Below are positions 7,398 to 16,661 of a stretch of DNA of 64,000 nt, one piece after another. A model generated the notes under the pieces. That model did no database searches. It saw nothing but the letters and a program-made list of their open reading frames with translations, and had not been told where the DNA came from. How positions within the stretch are numbered: position 1 is the stretch's first letter; each line of letters starts with the position of its first letter. This stretch comes from Deltaproteobacteria bacterium (lineage in GTDB: Bacteria > Desulfobacterota > Binatia > UBA1149 > SPBQ01), in NCBI GenBank assembly GCA_029262375.1, contig JAJCZM010000046.1, positions 1,367-65,366 of the forward strand. The letters are read 5' to 3'. A program made the translations under genes and the position numbers.

Positions 7398-9383
7398 ATG
7401 GCCGACCAAACCTATTCACAACCCACGCCGAAACCCGAGGCCGGCGGATTGTTCGACCGACTGGCAAGAGCGCTGACGGAGCTGCTCACGCGGCGGCCGC
7501 TACTCGTCGTCTCGATTATCGCGCCGTCGGCCGCTCTGGCACTCGCCTGGCATCTGTACCGCCTCGAAGCTGCGACCGTTACCGCCGCCCTGCCCGGCGT
7601 CGGCGCAACGATGGACGTGCTGATCATCGCCATGGTGATCGTCGTCGCGATCCTCTCGTTCCTGGTTGGGCAGCTCTCGACATCGCTGGCTGAAACCGAG
7701 CAATGGATCGGGGAAGCGGGCGAGGTCCGCGCTCACCTCAAACAACTCACGTCCGACAAACGCGACACCGAAAATGCACTCACCGCGGCCAACGAACGTC
7801 TAGCAACGACCACAGCGACGCTGGAACAGTGGGCGTCCGATCTCGAGAACGCGAACACCCGCCTGCGCGATCTCAACAACCTGAAGACCAAATTCGTCTC
7901 CGAGGTCGGTCACGAGCTACGCGCTCCGGTAACCGCGATTGTCTCGGCGGCGCGAATCATCGTACGCCATCACGACACCAAGCCGGAAGTCGTCGATCGC
8001 TTCGGCTCGACCATCGTTGGCGAAGGCGAACGGCTGACACGCCTGCTCAACGACCTGCTCGACTTGACGAAGATCGAAGCCGGCGGCATCGAATGGAAGG
8101 AGACCGACGTCGATGCCGGCGACCTCATCCGCCAGGCAATTCTCGGCGTCGAGCCCCTCGCTCTCGAGGAGCGCATTTCCGTCACTGCCGAAACACCGGG
8201 CGATTTACCGGCGCTCAAGGCCGATCGCGACAGACTGATTCAGGTACTCACCAACCTGCTGCACAACGCGATCAAGTACACACCGCGGGCGGGCAACGTC
8301 AGCGTTCGCGTCACGCGCAACGATCGCGAGTTCGTGTTCGCCGTTCGCGACACCGGCCCCGGAATCAATGAAGAAGACATCACACGGGTCTTCGAGCGTT
8401 TCGTCCAGGTGCGCGCGGCCGACAGTGACAACCTGCCTACGGAGGACGTCGCATCCGTCCCATCCAGCGGCCTTGGTCTGTGCATCTCTCGCGAGATCGT
8501 AGAGCACTATGGCGGCCGCATTTGGGCCGAGAGCAAACCCGGCAAGGGCAGCACCTTCTCGTTCACCATCCCGACGGGGCCGCGCCCCAGCGCCGACGAG
8601 ACACGCGGTGGGACGCCCAGCGCTATCTTGGATCCGGTGCGCGTACTCGCACTGCTCGAAAGGGACGAACTCGCCGACCGTGCCGTCGCCGTCGATCCAG
8701 CAACCGGCGTGGAATGCAGGACCTGCTCGAGCGTGTCCGAGCTGACGTCGATGCTCTCTTCGTACATGCCCGACGCAGTTCTCGTCTCCGCCAGCCTCGT
8801 TCCCGAGTCGAGCCAAGGACTTCTCGACGCCGTGCAAAGCCAAGGGATTAGCGAGTTGCTGATCCATTCACCCGACGGGCGCATTCGAGCGCGCGCGGTA
8901 CGCGATAGTTCCGTGATCGCCGTACGACGCCTACGTTTCCACGCCAGCCCGGGTTCTACGATCCTCGTCGTGGAAGACGACGAGCGCTACAGCCAGATCG
9001 TCGAGTTCGAGCTTCGCCACGCCGGTTACAACGTAATTCGTGCTCGCGACGGCCAAGAAGCGCTGACAATCATCGAAAACGAAACGCCCGATGCAGTCGT
9101 TCTCGACATTCTGATGCCTCACGTAGACGGACTCACCGTGCTGGAAGAACTCGCACGCAATGAAACGAAACTCCCTGTCCTCGTACTCACCGGCATGGGC
9201 GATGACGAGGTCGGCGAGACTGCCGCGTCACTCGGAGCCGTGGAGGTTCTACGTAAGGACGGTATCGGCCAGACCACAAGCGCTCCGACCTTCGTTCGGA
9301 TCCAGCGAGCACTCGGCCCGCTCTTGAGCGACGATCGCGACTACAACCCGGACGACGACCCCGAAGCGCCCTTCCCTTCGTAA
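7398..9383 (+). CDS. Hybrid sensor histidine kinase (HisKA-HATPase, degenerate receiver, receiver)
   Basis: H-box FVSEVGHELRAPVTAI, G-box SSGLGLCISREIVEHYGG and a C-terminal REC ILVVEDDERY...PDAVVLDILMPHVDG. The kinase core is paralogous to the upstream kinase (RFGSTIVGEGERL vs RFGSTIVVEGDRL). Confidence 0.9.
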   Translation: MADQTYSQPTPKPEAGGLFDRLARALTELLTRRPLLVVSIIAPSAALALAWHLYRLEAATVTAALPGVGATMDVLIIAMVIVVAILSFLVGQLSTSLAETEQWIGEAGEVRAHLKQLTSDKRDTENALTAANERLATTTATLEQWASDLENANTRLRDLNNLKTKFVSEVGHELRAPVTAIVSAARIIVRHHDTKPEVVDRFGSTIVGEGERLTRLLNDLLDLTKIEAGGIEWKETDVDAGDLIRQAILGVEPLALEERISVTAETPGDLPALKADRDRLIQVLTNLLHNAIKYTPRAGNVSVRVTRNDREFVFAVRDTGPGINEEDITRVFERFVQVRAADSDNLPTEDVASVPSSGLGLCISREIVEHYGGRIWAESKPGKGSTFSFTIPTGPRPSADETRGGTPSAILDPVRVLALLERDELADRAVAVDPATGVECRTCSSVSELTSMLSSYMPDAVLVSASLVPESSQGLLDAVQSQGISELLIHSPDGRIRARAVRDSSVIAVRRLRFHASPGSTILVVEDDERYSQIVEFELRHAGYNVIRARDGQEALTIIENETPDAVVLDILMPHVDGLTVLEELARNETKLPVLVLTGMGDDEVGETAASLGAVEVLRKDGIGQTTSAPTFVRIQRALGPLLSDDRDYNPDDDPEAPFPS

Positions 9384-9492
9384 GTCGGCGCATCCCCGCT
9401 ACAGTCAGCCCAACGAGTCCGCGTGCGCGTCGGCCCACGACGTGCACCTGGCGGGCGTAGAATGTCCGCCCCGTGCGGTCAGCATCCGGATC

Positions 9493-10998
9493 ATGTCGTC
9501 GAAGTCCGCAAAGAAGCGCGCGCGCAACCGCACCGAGGTACTGTACGACGGTGAATGTGCGATGTGCTCGAATCTCGCGCTGCGTATCAACACAACGCAA
9601 ACGCGCAAGACACTCGACACCAACGACATGCGCAGCGCGCAGCTACCGGCGGGCGTGAGCGCGGCGGATGTCGAACGCGAGCTGCATGTCGTCGATACGG
9701 CCGGCAACATCCACCGCGGCGCGAATGCGCTGCTGCGCATTCTCGAGGAGTACCCACGCTGGCGATGGCTGGCGCGCATAGGCCGCACGGCACCCATGCG
9801 ACCGCTGCTGGCGATAGGATACCGCTACGTCGCCGCCAACCGGGATCATATTTTCGGACCGAGCGCGCGCCTGTTCTGGAGCAAGCAGATCCTCTTGGTT
9901 GCGCTTCTCGCCGGGTTCGCCCTCTCGCCGAAACTGTGGATCTCGGCGCGCCCGTACCCCGTCGTTCCAGTACTCGCGCCGCTACCGTCGCTCTTGGAGT
10001 ACACCGCGCTCGCCGTCAGCGTACTCGCCGCAGGCGCCGCTCTGGTCTTGACGAAGCCACGCCCCGCACTGACTGCTCTACTGATCGCGGCAGCAACGCT
10101 GGCGATGGGCGACCAGACGCGCTGGCAACCCTGGTTCTACCAATACGCCGTCATGCTGGCCGTGCTGACGGCGTGGAACGGGCGCCCGAAGGACGTTAAA
10201 GCATCACTTGAACCCACTGCCGCCCTGCGCGCGGTGATGATCGGAATCTATCTCTGGAGCGGTATCGCGAAACTCAATGCGAGCTACCTCGGAGGCACGT
10301 TCGGCTGGCTGCTCGAACCTCTCGCCGCCGTGTTCCCGGCCTCGCTGCTGTCTGCGTTGGGCTCTATCGGCGTCGCCACACCGGTTGCGGAAATAGCCAT
10401 CGGATTGGGACTCGCACACCCACGGTCGCGACCGGCCGCCGTCGCCGCTGCGATCGCCATGCACACGCTCATCCTAGCCATGCTCGGCCCCTGGGCGCAC
10501 AACTGGAACAGCATCGTGTGGCCGTGGAACGCAGCCATGATCGCGCTGGTTGCCGTGCTGTTTGCGCGCGACCGACACACCCGCCCCGCCCGGATACTCG
10601 CGCCTCCCATGTCGGCAATGCGCGCCGTCGCCACGGCCGCCTTCATTGTGCTGCCGGCACTGAGCCTCATCGACCGCTGGGATCCGTACCTGTCGGCGAG
10701 CCTGTACTCGCGTAACCTCCGCCACGCAGCGATACGGCTTCGGTCCGACGCGCGTGAAGCACTGCCGCTGCAGCTGCAGCCGTACGCCGACGACGAGGAT
10801 GTCATGTGGCCGATGACATGGGCGCTGGACGCACTGAACGTCCCCGCCTACCCTGCGGTCAGAGTGTACAAAGGGATGGCTCGCGCCGTGTGCGCGGAGC
10901 TGCCTGATCCAACCGGCCTCATACTCGGAATAAGTAGCAAGCCGAGTATCACCACCGGTGAGATCACGGTAACCAACTACGGCTGCGCGGATCTGTAA
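9493..10998 (+). CDS. DCC1-like thiol-disulfide oxidoreductase (DUF393) fused to a polytopic membrane domain
   Basis: The N-terminal VLYDGECAMCSNLALRI CxxC motif is typical of the DCC family. It is followed by ~9 hydrophobic segments. Start trimmed to ATG 9493. Confidence 0.7.
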   Translation: MSSKSAKKRARNRTEVLYDGECAMCSNLALRINTTQTRKTLDTNDMRSAQLPAGVSAADVERELHVVDTAGNIHRGANALLRILEEYPRWRWLARIGRTAPMRPLLAIGYRYVAANRDHIFGPSARLFWSKQILLVALLAGFALSPKLWISARPYPVVPVLAPLPSLLEYTALAVSVLAAGAALVLTKPRPALTALLIAAATLAMGDQTRWQPWFYQYAVMLAVLTAWNGRPKDVKASLEPTAALRAVMIGIYLWSGIAKLNASYLGGTFGWLLEPLAAVFPASLLSALGSIGVATPVAEIAIGLGLAHPRSRPAAVAAAIAMHTLILAMLGPWAHNWNSIVWPWNAAMIALVAVLFARDRHTRPARILAPPMSAMRAVATAAFIVLPALSLIDRWDPYLSASLYSRNLRHAAIRLRSDAREALPLQLQPYADDEDVMWPMTWALDALNVPAYPAVRVYKGMARAVCAELPDPTGLILGISSKPSITTGEITVTNYGCADL

Positions 10999-11003
10999 CG
11001 AAG

Positions 11004-11765
11004 ATGCTTGCGGGGAAGAAAATCATCGTCGTCATGCCGGCCTACAACGCCGAGCATACGATCGCACGCACCTATCGAGAGATTCCTCACGATATCGTCG
11101 ATGAGGTTCTCGTCGTCGATGACCATAGTAGCGATGCAACCGCAGCGGTCGTAAGACAACTGGGCATTCAACTGGTCGTACACTCGAAGAACCGCGGCTA
11201 CGGTGCGAACCAGAAGACCTGCTACCAAGAAGCACTACGGCGCAACGCGGACATCATCGTGATGCTGCACCCCGACTACCAGTATCCGCCGCGTCTGATC
11301 ACCGCGATGGGTGCCATGCTGGTCGCCGACCAATTCGATATCGTTCTCGGATCGCGCATCCTTTCGGGCAGTGCGCGTGCCGGTGGGATGCCGCTCTACA
11401 AATACATCGCCAACCGATACCTCACGCTGTTCCAGAACCTGTTGCTCGGCCAGAAGCTGTCGGAGTATCACACGGGGTATCGCGCGTTCACGGCCGATGT
11501 ACTGCGCTCGCTACCGCTCGAAGAGAACTCCAACGACTTCCTGTTCGACAATGAGATCCTCGCCCAATCCATCCATTTCGGCTATCGGATCGGCGAGATC
11601 ACGTCGCCCGCGAGCTACCACGCACAAGCAAGTTCCATAAGCCTCCTGCCGGCGATTCGTTACGGCATCGGCGTGCTTCGCACGACGCTCGCGTTCGTCA
11701 CTGAGCGTAGCGGCTTGGTTCGTCATCCGATCTTCGATCGGGGCGGTCGAAAGCTCGAGGACTAG
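11004..11765 (+). CDS. Glycosyltransferase family 2 (polyprenol-phosphate glycosyltransferase-like)
   Basis: KIIVVMPAYNAEHTI...VLVVDDHSSDAT...MLHPDYQYPP. It starts 5 nt after the upstream gene. Confidence 0.85.
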   Translation: MLAGKKIIVVMPAYNAEHTIARTYREIPHDIVDEVLVVDDHSSDATAAVVRQLGIQLVVHSKNRGYGANQKTCYQEALRRNADIIVMLHPDYQYPPRLITAMGAMLVADQFDIVLGSRILSGSARAGGMPLYKYIANRYLTLFQNLLLGQKLSEYHTGYRAFTADVLRSLPLEENSNDFLFDNEILAQSIHFGYRIGEITSPASYHAQASSISLLPAIRYGIGVLRTTLAFVTERSGLVRHPIFDRGGRKLED

Positions 11766-13117
11766 CTCTCGGTGTCCTCGGCGGCCGCGCGACGTTCGAG
11801 TTCGCGCATCACTTCGATGTGCCGCTTGCGTGTAAGCGGGTACCCCCACGCGAACCACACCCCCAACGCCAGAAACAGTGCGGGCCCGAACGAAGTCATC
11901 GCGCGCACGGCGAACAGCGCAGTGTCGGATTGCTCGGCCCCCTTCTCGAGACCGGCGATATCGAGTAAGACAAATGCGATGAACACGGCAAGGCCGCCGG
12001 CGAGCTTACGAATGAAGGTGAACACACCATTGTACAAACCTTCGCGACGTTCACCGGTGAGTAGATCGTCTTCGTCTATCACGTCGCCGACCATCGCCCA
12101 CGGCATCAGATCGACCACCGCATAGCCCACCGCCAACAGCGGCGTCGACACGACCAACACCCAACGCGGCCAATCCGGCTGCACGGCGAAAAATAGGCAT
12201 TGCATGCACAGCCAACCGATAGAGCCGACGATGAAGACCTGTGATTTGTCACGGCCACGCGCGAATCGGATCCACGCCGGCAGAACCGCGATGACACCGA
12301 CGAGGAACGCAAGCATGACGACCTCGAAATCCTCGGACCGGCCGACCCAATAGGTGAAGAACGGCAGAAGCATCGCCGCCACGAGGTCCATCGAGATGCG
12401 CCCCGAAAGATACAGATAGGTCAGCTGTCGAAAAGTCCGATGCGCGAACGCGCTACGAAGTCCCGCCATGACGCCGGGCGTTGCCGCGCGCACGCGATAC
12501 GGCGTGCGCTCGAAGCTCGCGCGGTGCACGGCCAGCCAGCACGCGGCCGCAAAGACTCCCATGACGCCGGCCGCCCGCGTGTAGCCTTCAACCCCCTCGC
12601 CCATGTAGGCCGCAAGCGGCCGTAGCGCGAGCGCCAGCATGACCCCCAGTATCGACGCGCCGTTGAGGTAGCTCTGCATCGACGTTCGTTCGTCGTAGTC
12701 GGTTGCCATCTCCGGGACGAGAGCGAGATACGGGATGAGCGCTACAGTCAGTGCGATGCTGAGCAGCGAGTACGCTGCCGCGTGATAGGCAAACAGTACC
12801 CATTGTTCGTGTGTGGGGACGGGCAACCACAACAGCGTAAAGCTCATCGACAGCGGAATGCAGGCGATCAGGAAATAGGGCCTCCGCCTCTCGCCGCGGA
12901 TGCGCACCGTATCGGACAACTTGCCCATCAGCGGATCGGTCACTGCGTCCACGAAGCGACCGACCAGCGGTACAAGCGCCGCAAGTGCGGGTCGTAGACC
13001 GACGACCTCGAGAAGAAAGTACGGCAGGTACACGAGTTGAAGCGTTGCAAGTACGCCGCTCGCCGACAGGTTGCCGAGCGAGTAAACGATCTTTTTTGCG
13101 GTGGTGAGAATTTGCAT
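11762..13117 (-). CDS. GPH-family (MelB-like) glycoside/cation symporter, MFS superfamily
   Basis: Signature VGRFVDAVTDPLMGKLSDTVRIRGERRRPYFL and 12 hydrophobic segments. Start trimmed to ATG 13117. Confidence 0.8.
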   Translation of the reverse strand: MQILTTAKKIVYSLGNLSASGVLATLQLVYLPYFLLEVVGLRPALAALVPLVGRFVDAVTDPLMGKLSDTVRIRGERRRPYFLIACIPLSMSFTLLWLPVPTHEQWVLFAYHAAAYSLLSIALTVALIPYLALVPEMATDYDERTSMQSYLNGASILGVMLALALRPLAAYMGEGVEGYTRAAGVMGVFAAACWLAVHRASFERTPYRVRAATPGVMAGLRSAFAHRTFRQLTYLYLSGRISMDLVAAMLLPFFTYWVGRSEDFEVVMLAFLVGVIAVLPAWIRFARGRDKSQVFIVGSIGWLCMQCLFFAVQPDWPRWVLVVSTPLLAVGYAVVDLMPWAMVGDVIDEDDLLTGERREGLYNGVFTFIRKLAGGLAVFIAFVLLDIAGLEKGAEQSDTALFAVRAMTSFGPALFLALGVWFAWGYPLTRKRHIEVMRELERRAAAEDTES

Positions 13118-13245
13118 GAGCGAGCGGAAGTATAGTACCGACAGCGGGCCCGCATATGGCCTCACGCGCCGTCCTCGGTCAAGGTATTCATTCGACTCCG
13201 CGAGGTCCCGCGGTCAAATTGCGCTAACCGCACAGGAGCACCGCC

Positions 13246-14109
13246 ATGAAGATCGGAATCGCTTTCGCTAACGTAGGACCGTTCACGGATCCCGACAACC
13301 TCGCCCACCTCGGCGTCACCGCAGAGTCGGTCGGGATCGAATCGTTGTGGTCGGTGGAGCACGTGGTCGTCCCCATCGGCTACCAATCGGAGTACCCCTA
13401 CGATCGCAGCGGCAAGATTCCCGGCGGCGAAGACGCTGCGATCCCGGATCCTTTGTTGCCGTTGGCCTACGTTGCCGCCGTGACGAAGACGATTCGTCTG
13501 GCGACCGGTATTCTCATCTTGCCGCAGCGCCACCCCACCTACGTTGCCAAGGAAGCCGCGACGCTCGACGTCCTCTCTAAAGGGCGCGCCATCCTCGGAA
13601 TCGGCGTCGGCTGGCTACGCGAGGAGTTCGACGCGGTGGACATCGAGTTCGAAACGCGTGGAAGCCGGACGAAAGAAAGCGTGCGCGCAATCCGCAGCCT
13701 GTGGAGCAAGCAGCCCGAACCGTTTGAAGGACGCTTCTTCAACTGGGGCCCGGTCGCATCGCTTCCGAAACCGGTACAACCCGGTGGCGTGCCGATCGTC
13801 ATGGGCGGGCACTCGGAACTCGCCGCCAAACGCGCCGCACGCTACTGCAACGGTTTCTTTCCAGCGAAAGGCTCGCCGTCGGAGCTGGCACATCTCTTCT
13901 CGATCGTACGCTCGGAGTGCGAGAAACTCGGACGCGATCCGGGTGAAATCGAACTCAGCGCGAGTGCGCCCGCAATGGACCTGGACGCGATCAAATCGAT
14001 GGAGGATTTGGGCGTCTCGCGACTGCTCATCGGACCGCCGGGCTTTTCACGCGACGACATCGAGAAGAATCTCACGCGGCTCGGCGACGCGGTACTTTCG
14101 AAACTCTAG
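13246..14109 (+). CDS. Luciferase-like monooxygenase family oxidoreductase (probably F420-dependent class)
   Basis: MKIGIAFANVGPF...AESVGIESLWSVEHVVVP...ILPQRHP...LDVLSKGRAILGIGVGW. A CAGGAG SD precedes the ATG. Confidence 0.8.
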   Translation: MKIGIAFANVGPFTDPDNLAHLGVTAESVGIESLWSVEHVVVPIGYQSEYPYDRSGKIPGGEDAAIPDPLLPLAYVAAVTKTIRLATGILILPQRHPTYVAKEAATLDVLSKGRAILGIGVGWLREEFDAVDIEFETRGSRTKESVRAIRSLWSKQPEPFEGRFFNWGPVASLPKPVQPGGVPIVMGGHSELAAKRAARYCNGFFPAKGSPSELAHLFSIVRSECEKLGRDPGEIELSASAPAMDLDAIKSMEDLGVSRLLIGPPGFSRDDIEKNLTRLGDAVLSKL

Positions 14110-14963
14110 GCTGTGCGACGCATTCGATAGGGTTTGTAGGCCAGCGAAAGCACGAGCCCGAACGATGCACAGGCGAAGAAGTAGGCGGTGGGCGCTGCCA
14201 CCAGTTCGGGGCGCCCGAGCCCGCTGAGCGCAACCAACGTGGCCAATCCCATATTGCGGATGCTGGCCTCGATCGCGATCGTAAAGGCATCATCGTCGCC
14301 GCCGACGGTCGCTCTAGCGAGCAGGAAAGTCGGTACGGCGGTCATCGCGAACAGACCGAACGACACGATCAACGCTTGCACGAACCCCACGAACGGCGCG
14401 ACGCCGCCCTGGTAAAACAGGTAGGCGACGATCGCGTACACATAGACGTTCGCGGCGCGTACGTAACGTGGCCCATAGCGCTCAACCGCTAGAGGGCGCA
14501 GGCGACGGCACGTGATTCCGGCACCGATTGGAACGAGCACGGTGAAGATCAGCTGCCCGATCAACACTTCGATGGGAACGGTAAGTACTTCGCCGCCGCG
14601 CGCAAGAAGCAACAAGGCAGGCATCGTGACGACGGCCAGCAGCGTCGAGAACGTGGTCATCGTGATCGACAACGCGACGTTCGCGCCCGCGATCGACGTC
14701 AGGATATTCGAGAAGCCGCCGCTCGGGCAAGCAGCCATCAGTACGAAGCCGGCGGCGAGGCTCTCCGGCAAATCAAGCAGGGCAATGAGCGGTATCGTCA
14801 CCAGCGGAAACACAAGCATTTGCAGCGCCATGCCGATCGCAAGCGTGCGCCTGGCACGAAACACACGTCTGAAATCATCGATCTGCAGCTCTAGCCCGAT
14901 CCCGAAGACGATCATGAAGATCGCAAACGGCAGTGCGACGTCGCGCACGATCCCCGGGCCCAC
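14106..14963 (-). CDS. Bile acid:sodium symporter (BASS/SBF) family transporter
   Basis: AACPSGGFSNILTSIAGANVALSITMTTFSTLLAVVTMP and multiple TM helices. Confidence 0.8.
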   Translation of the reverse strand: MGPGIVRDVALPFAIFMIVFGIGLELQIDDFRRVFRARRTLAIGMALQMLVFPLVTIPLIALLDLPESLAAGFVLMAACPSGGFSNILTSIAGANVALSITMTTFSTLLAVVTMPALLLLARGGEVLTVPIEVLIGQLIFTVLVPIGAGITCRRLRPLAVERYGPRYVRAANVYVYAIVAYLFYQGGVAPFVGFVQALIVSFGLFAMTAVPTFLLARATVGGDDDAFTIAIEASIRNMGLATLVALSGLGRPELVAAPTAYFFACASFGLVLSLAYKPYRMRRTA

Positions 14964-15271
14964 CGCGAGCTACTCCTGATCCTTTGCTTCGCGTGCTGAT
15001 CGGGCGCCCGCTTGCTCTGCGTCTCTGAGTTGTTGGAGTCGGGCGATCAGGCTCGAAGTGTCCCACCGCCCACTTTCGCAAGCCGGCCGGATCCGTAAGG
15101 CCAAAGCTTTCGGTCTATTTCGCCGTGTCATGTAGAGAAGTCCGTCCCAGTAGCAGGAGTATCGGCTCTATCAGGTGTAACAGGGACGTGCGGACGAGGC
15201 ATCAGGGTGCGAACGAAGGCGTGACTTATTTAGTAGGCTCTTTCTCGCTGGACTGACATAGTACGCTCGCG

Positions 15272-16138
15272 ATGGGGCCCATTCTTCATTCGATCTCCAT
15301 GTTCGTGCTCGCGCTGTTCGTGTGGGCTTGTCTGCGCGCTGCCGCAGGCCGCGTCGCGCGTGCCGGCCAAGTCGAATTCGCGCTCTGGCTACTCGGCTCC
15401 AAGCGCGCAGCACCGTGGTGGAAGAACTACCCCACCGTTACCGCCGCCCTGCTCGATGCGACCCGGCCGCCGGCCGCTCAGTTGTTGGCCGCTATCCTCG
15501 CCGGGCTATGCGCGATCGTCGCGTCGTTCGCGCTTTGGGCGGCGTTGTCGTGGCGTGAGTTCCAGGCCTGGCTCTCGCTGTTGCTGGATTCTCCTGCCGC
15601 CAACTGGAGCCTGGTCGCCGTCCCCACTTTGTTCGTGATCACGGGCGTCTATGTCGTCGGGCGCAAGAGCGACCGCATCGCGATGTCGATGGCGCGCGCT
15701 AAAGGCGCCGGACTCGTCGTCGGCTGGCTCGTACTGGATGCGGCGCTCAGCATCGTCGTCAGCCTACTGGGATGGCTAGGATTCCTGACTTCGCTGTACG
15801 CGAGTGGTCGCGAGCGAGAGCTCGACCATTTACTCACTCGCGCGACGATGGAGATCTCTGCCGGATGGGCCACCGGCCTCACGCTCGGAGTCGATCGCAA
15901 CGGCTGGCCCTCATGGGGCGTATGGGCGTACGCGATTCTGCTTGTAGCGGTGTTGCCGTGGCTACATGGGCTGGGTGCGCTGGTGCTTCGCCGGGCGATT
16001 CGACACGCGCGATCGATCATCGAGCGCGTCGATGCACTGGGCCTTCTCGATCTGGAGGAGCGGCCCTTGGAGTCGATAGCCGCCGTAGCCGCGGCCGTTG
16101 CGGCCGCGTGCTACGGATTGACCATCATTCTCATCTAG
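15272..16138 (+). CDS. Hypothetical polytopic membrane protein
   Basis: Long ORF with ~7 hydrophobic segments and GC3-rich codon usage. No family recognised. Confidence 0.5.
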   Translation: MGPILHSISMFVLALFVWACLRAAAGRVARAGQVEFALWLLGSKRAAPWWKNYPTVTAALLDATRPPAAQLLAAILAGLCAIVASFALWAALSWREFQAWLSLLLDSPAANWSLVAVPTLFVITGVYVVGRKSDRIAMSMARAKGAGLVVGWLVLDAALSIVVSLLGWLGFLTSLYASGRERELDHLLTRATMEISAGWATGLTLGVDRNGWPSWGVWAYAILLVAVLPWLHGLGALVLRRAIRHARSIIERVDALGLLDLEERPLESIAAVAAAVAAACYGLTIILI

Positions 16139-16156
16139 CTCATCTAGCTCATCTAG
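16130..16156 (+). repeat. 9-bp tandem repeat ctcatctag x3 spanning the stop codon
   Basis: The last two codons plus TAG of the 15272-16138 gene are repeated three times in frame (LI* LI* LI*). Confidence 0.9.
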
Positions 16157-16160
16157 AAGA

Positions 16161-16547
16161 TCAGTTTACGGCGGACAGGCAGCCATCGACGATCGGGAGA
16201 CATGCTTCACGGCCGTCGACCATGCGCCCGGCCAGCGTCTCGTAGTAGAGATGCTCTACGTAGCCACGACGAAGCTGGAAGCTGGCTACACACGTCGACG
16301 CGCGCTTGTGCTTCTCGGACTCCGGATTCTCGATGACGTAAGAGACGGTCTCGCGCTCTCCACGTTCCTCGGCCCAATCGGGATTGCCGGCGCAGTCAAT
16401 CAATGTCGCGCGGCTAATGCCGACGAGATCGAGACGCGCAATATCGACGCGACGACGCGCTTGAGCGACGGCGCAGGCGCTGAAAGAAACGCTCACGAAC
16501 GCGGCAATGAGAACCGCAGAGACAATAGCCTTGAAAGAACGGTGCAT
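16161..16547 (-). CDS. Hypothetical lipoprotein
   Basis: MHRSFKAIVSAVLIAAFVSVSFSAC is a signal peptide with a lipobox-like FSAC. A GGAGG SD lies upstream of ATG 16547. Confidence 0.6.
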   Translation of the reverse strand: MHRSFKAIVSAVLIAAFVSVSFSACAVAQARRRVDIARLDLVGISRATLIDCAGNPDWAEERGERETVSYVIENPESEKHKRASTCVASFQLRRGYVEHLYYETLAGRMVDGREACLPIVDGCLSAVN

Positions 16548-16634
16548 GGGAACCTCCTGAGGACCTAAGCAGGCTATCACGCAGCCCGGCGGGCGACGGC
16601 ACAATCTCACCGCGCGCGCCGCCGTGTACAGCCG

Positions 16635-16661
16635 GGTTCAGGCAGGTTCAGGCAGGTTCAG
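16635..16661. repeat. 10-bp tandem repeat ggttcaggca x2.7 overlapping the stop of the GGCT gene
   Basis: On the minus strand this reads TGAACCTGCC TGAACCTGCC TGAACC, and the first TGA is the stop codon. Confidence 0.9.
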
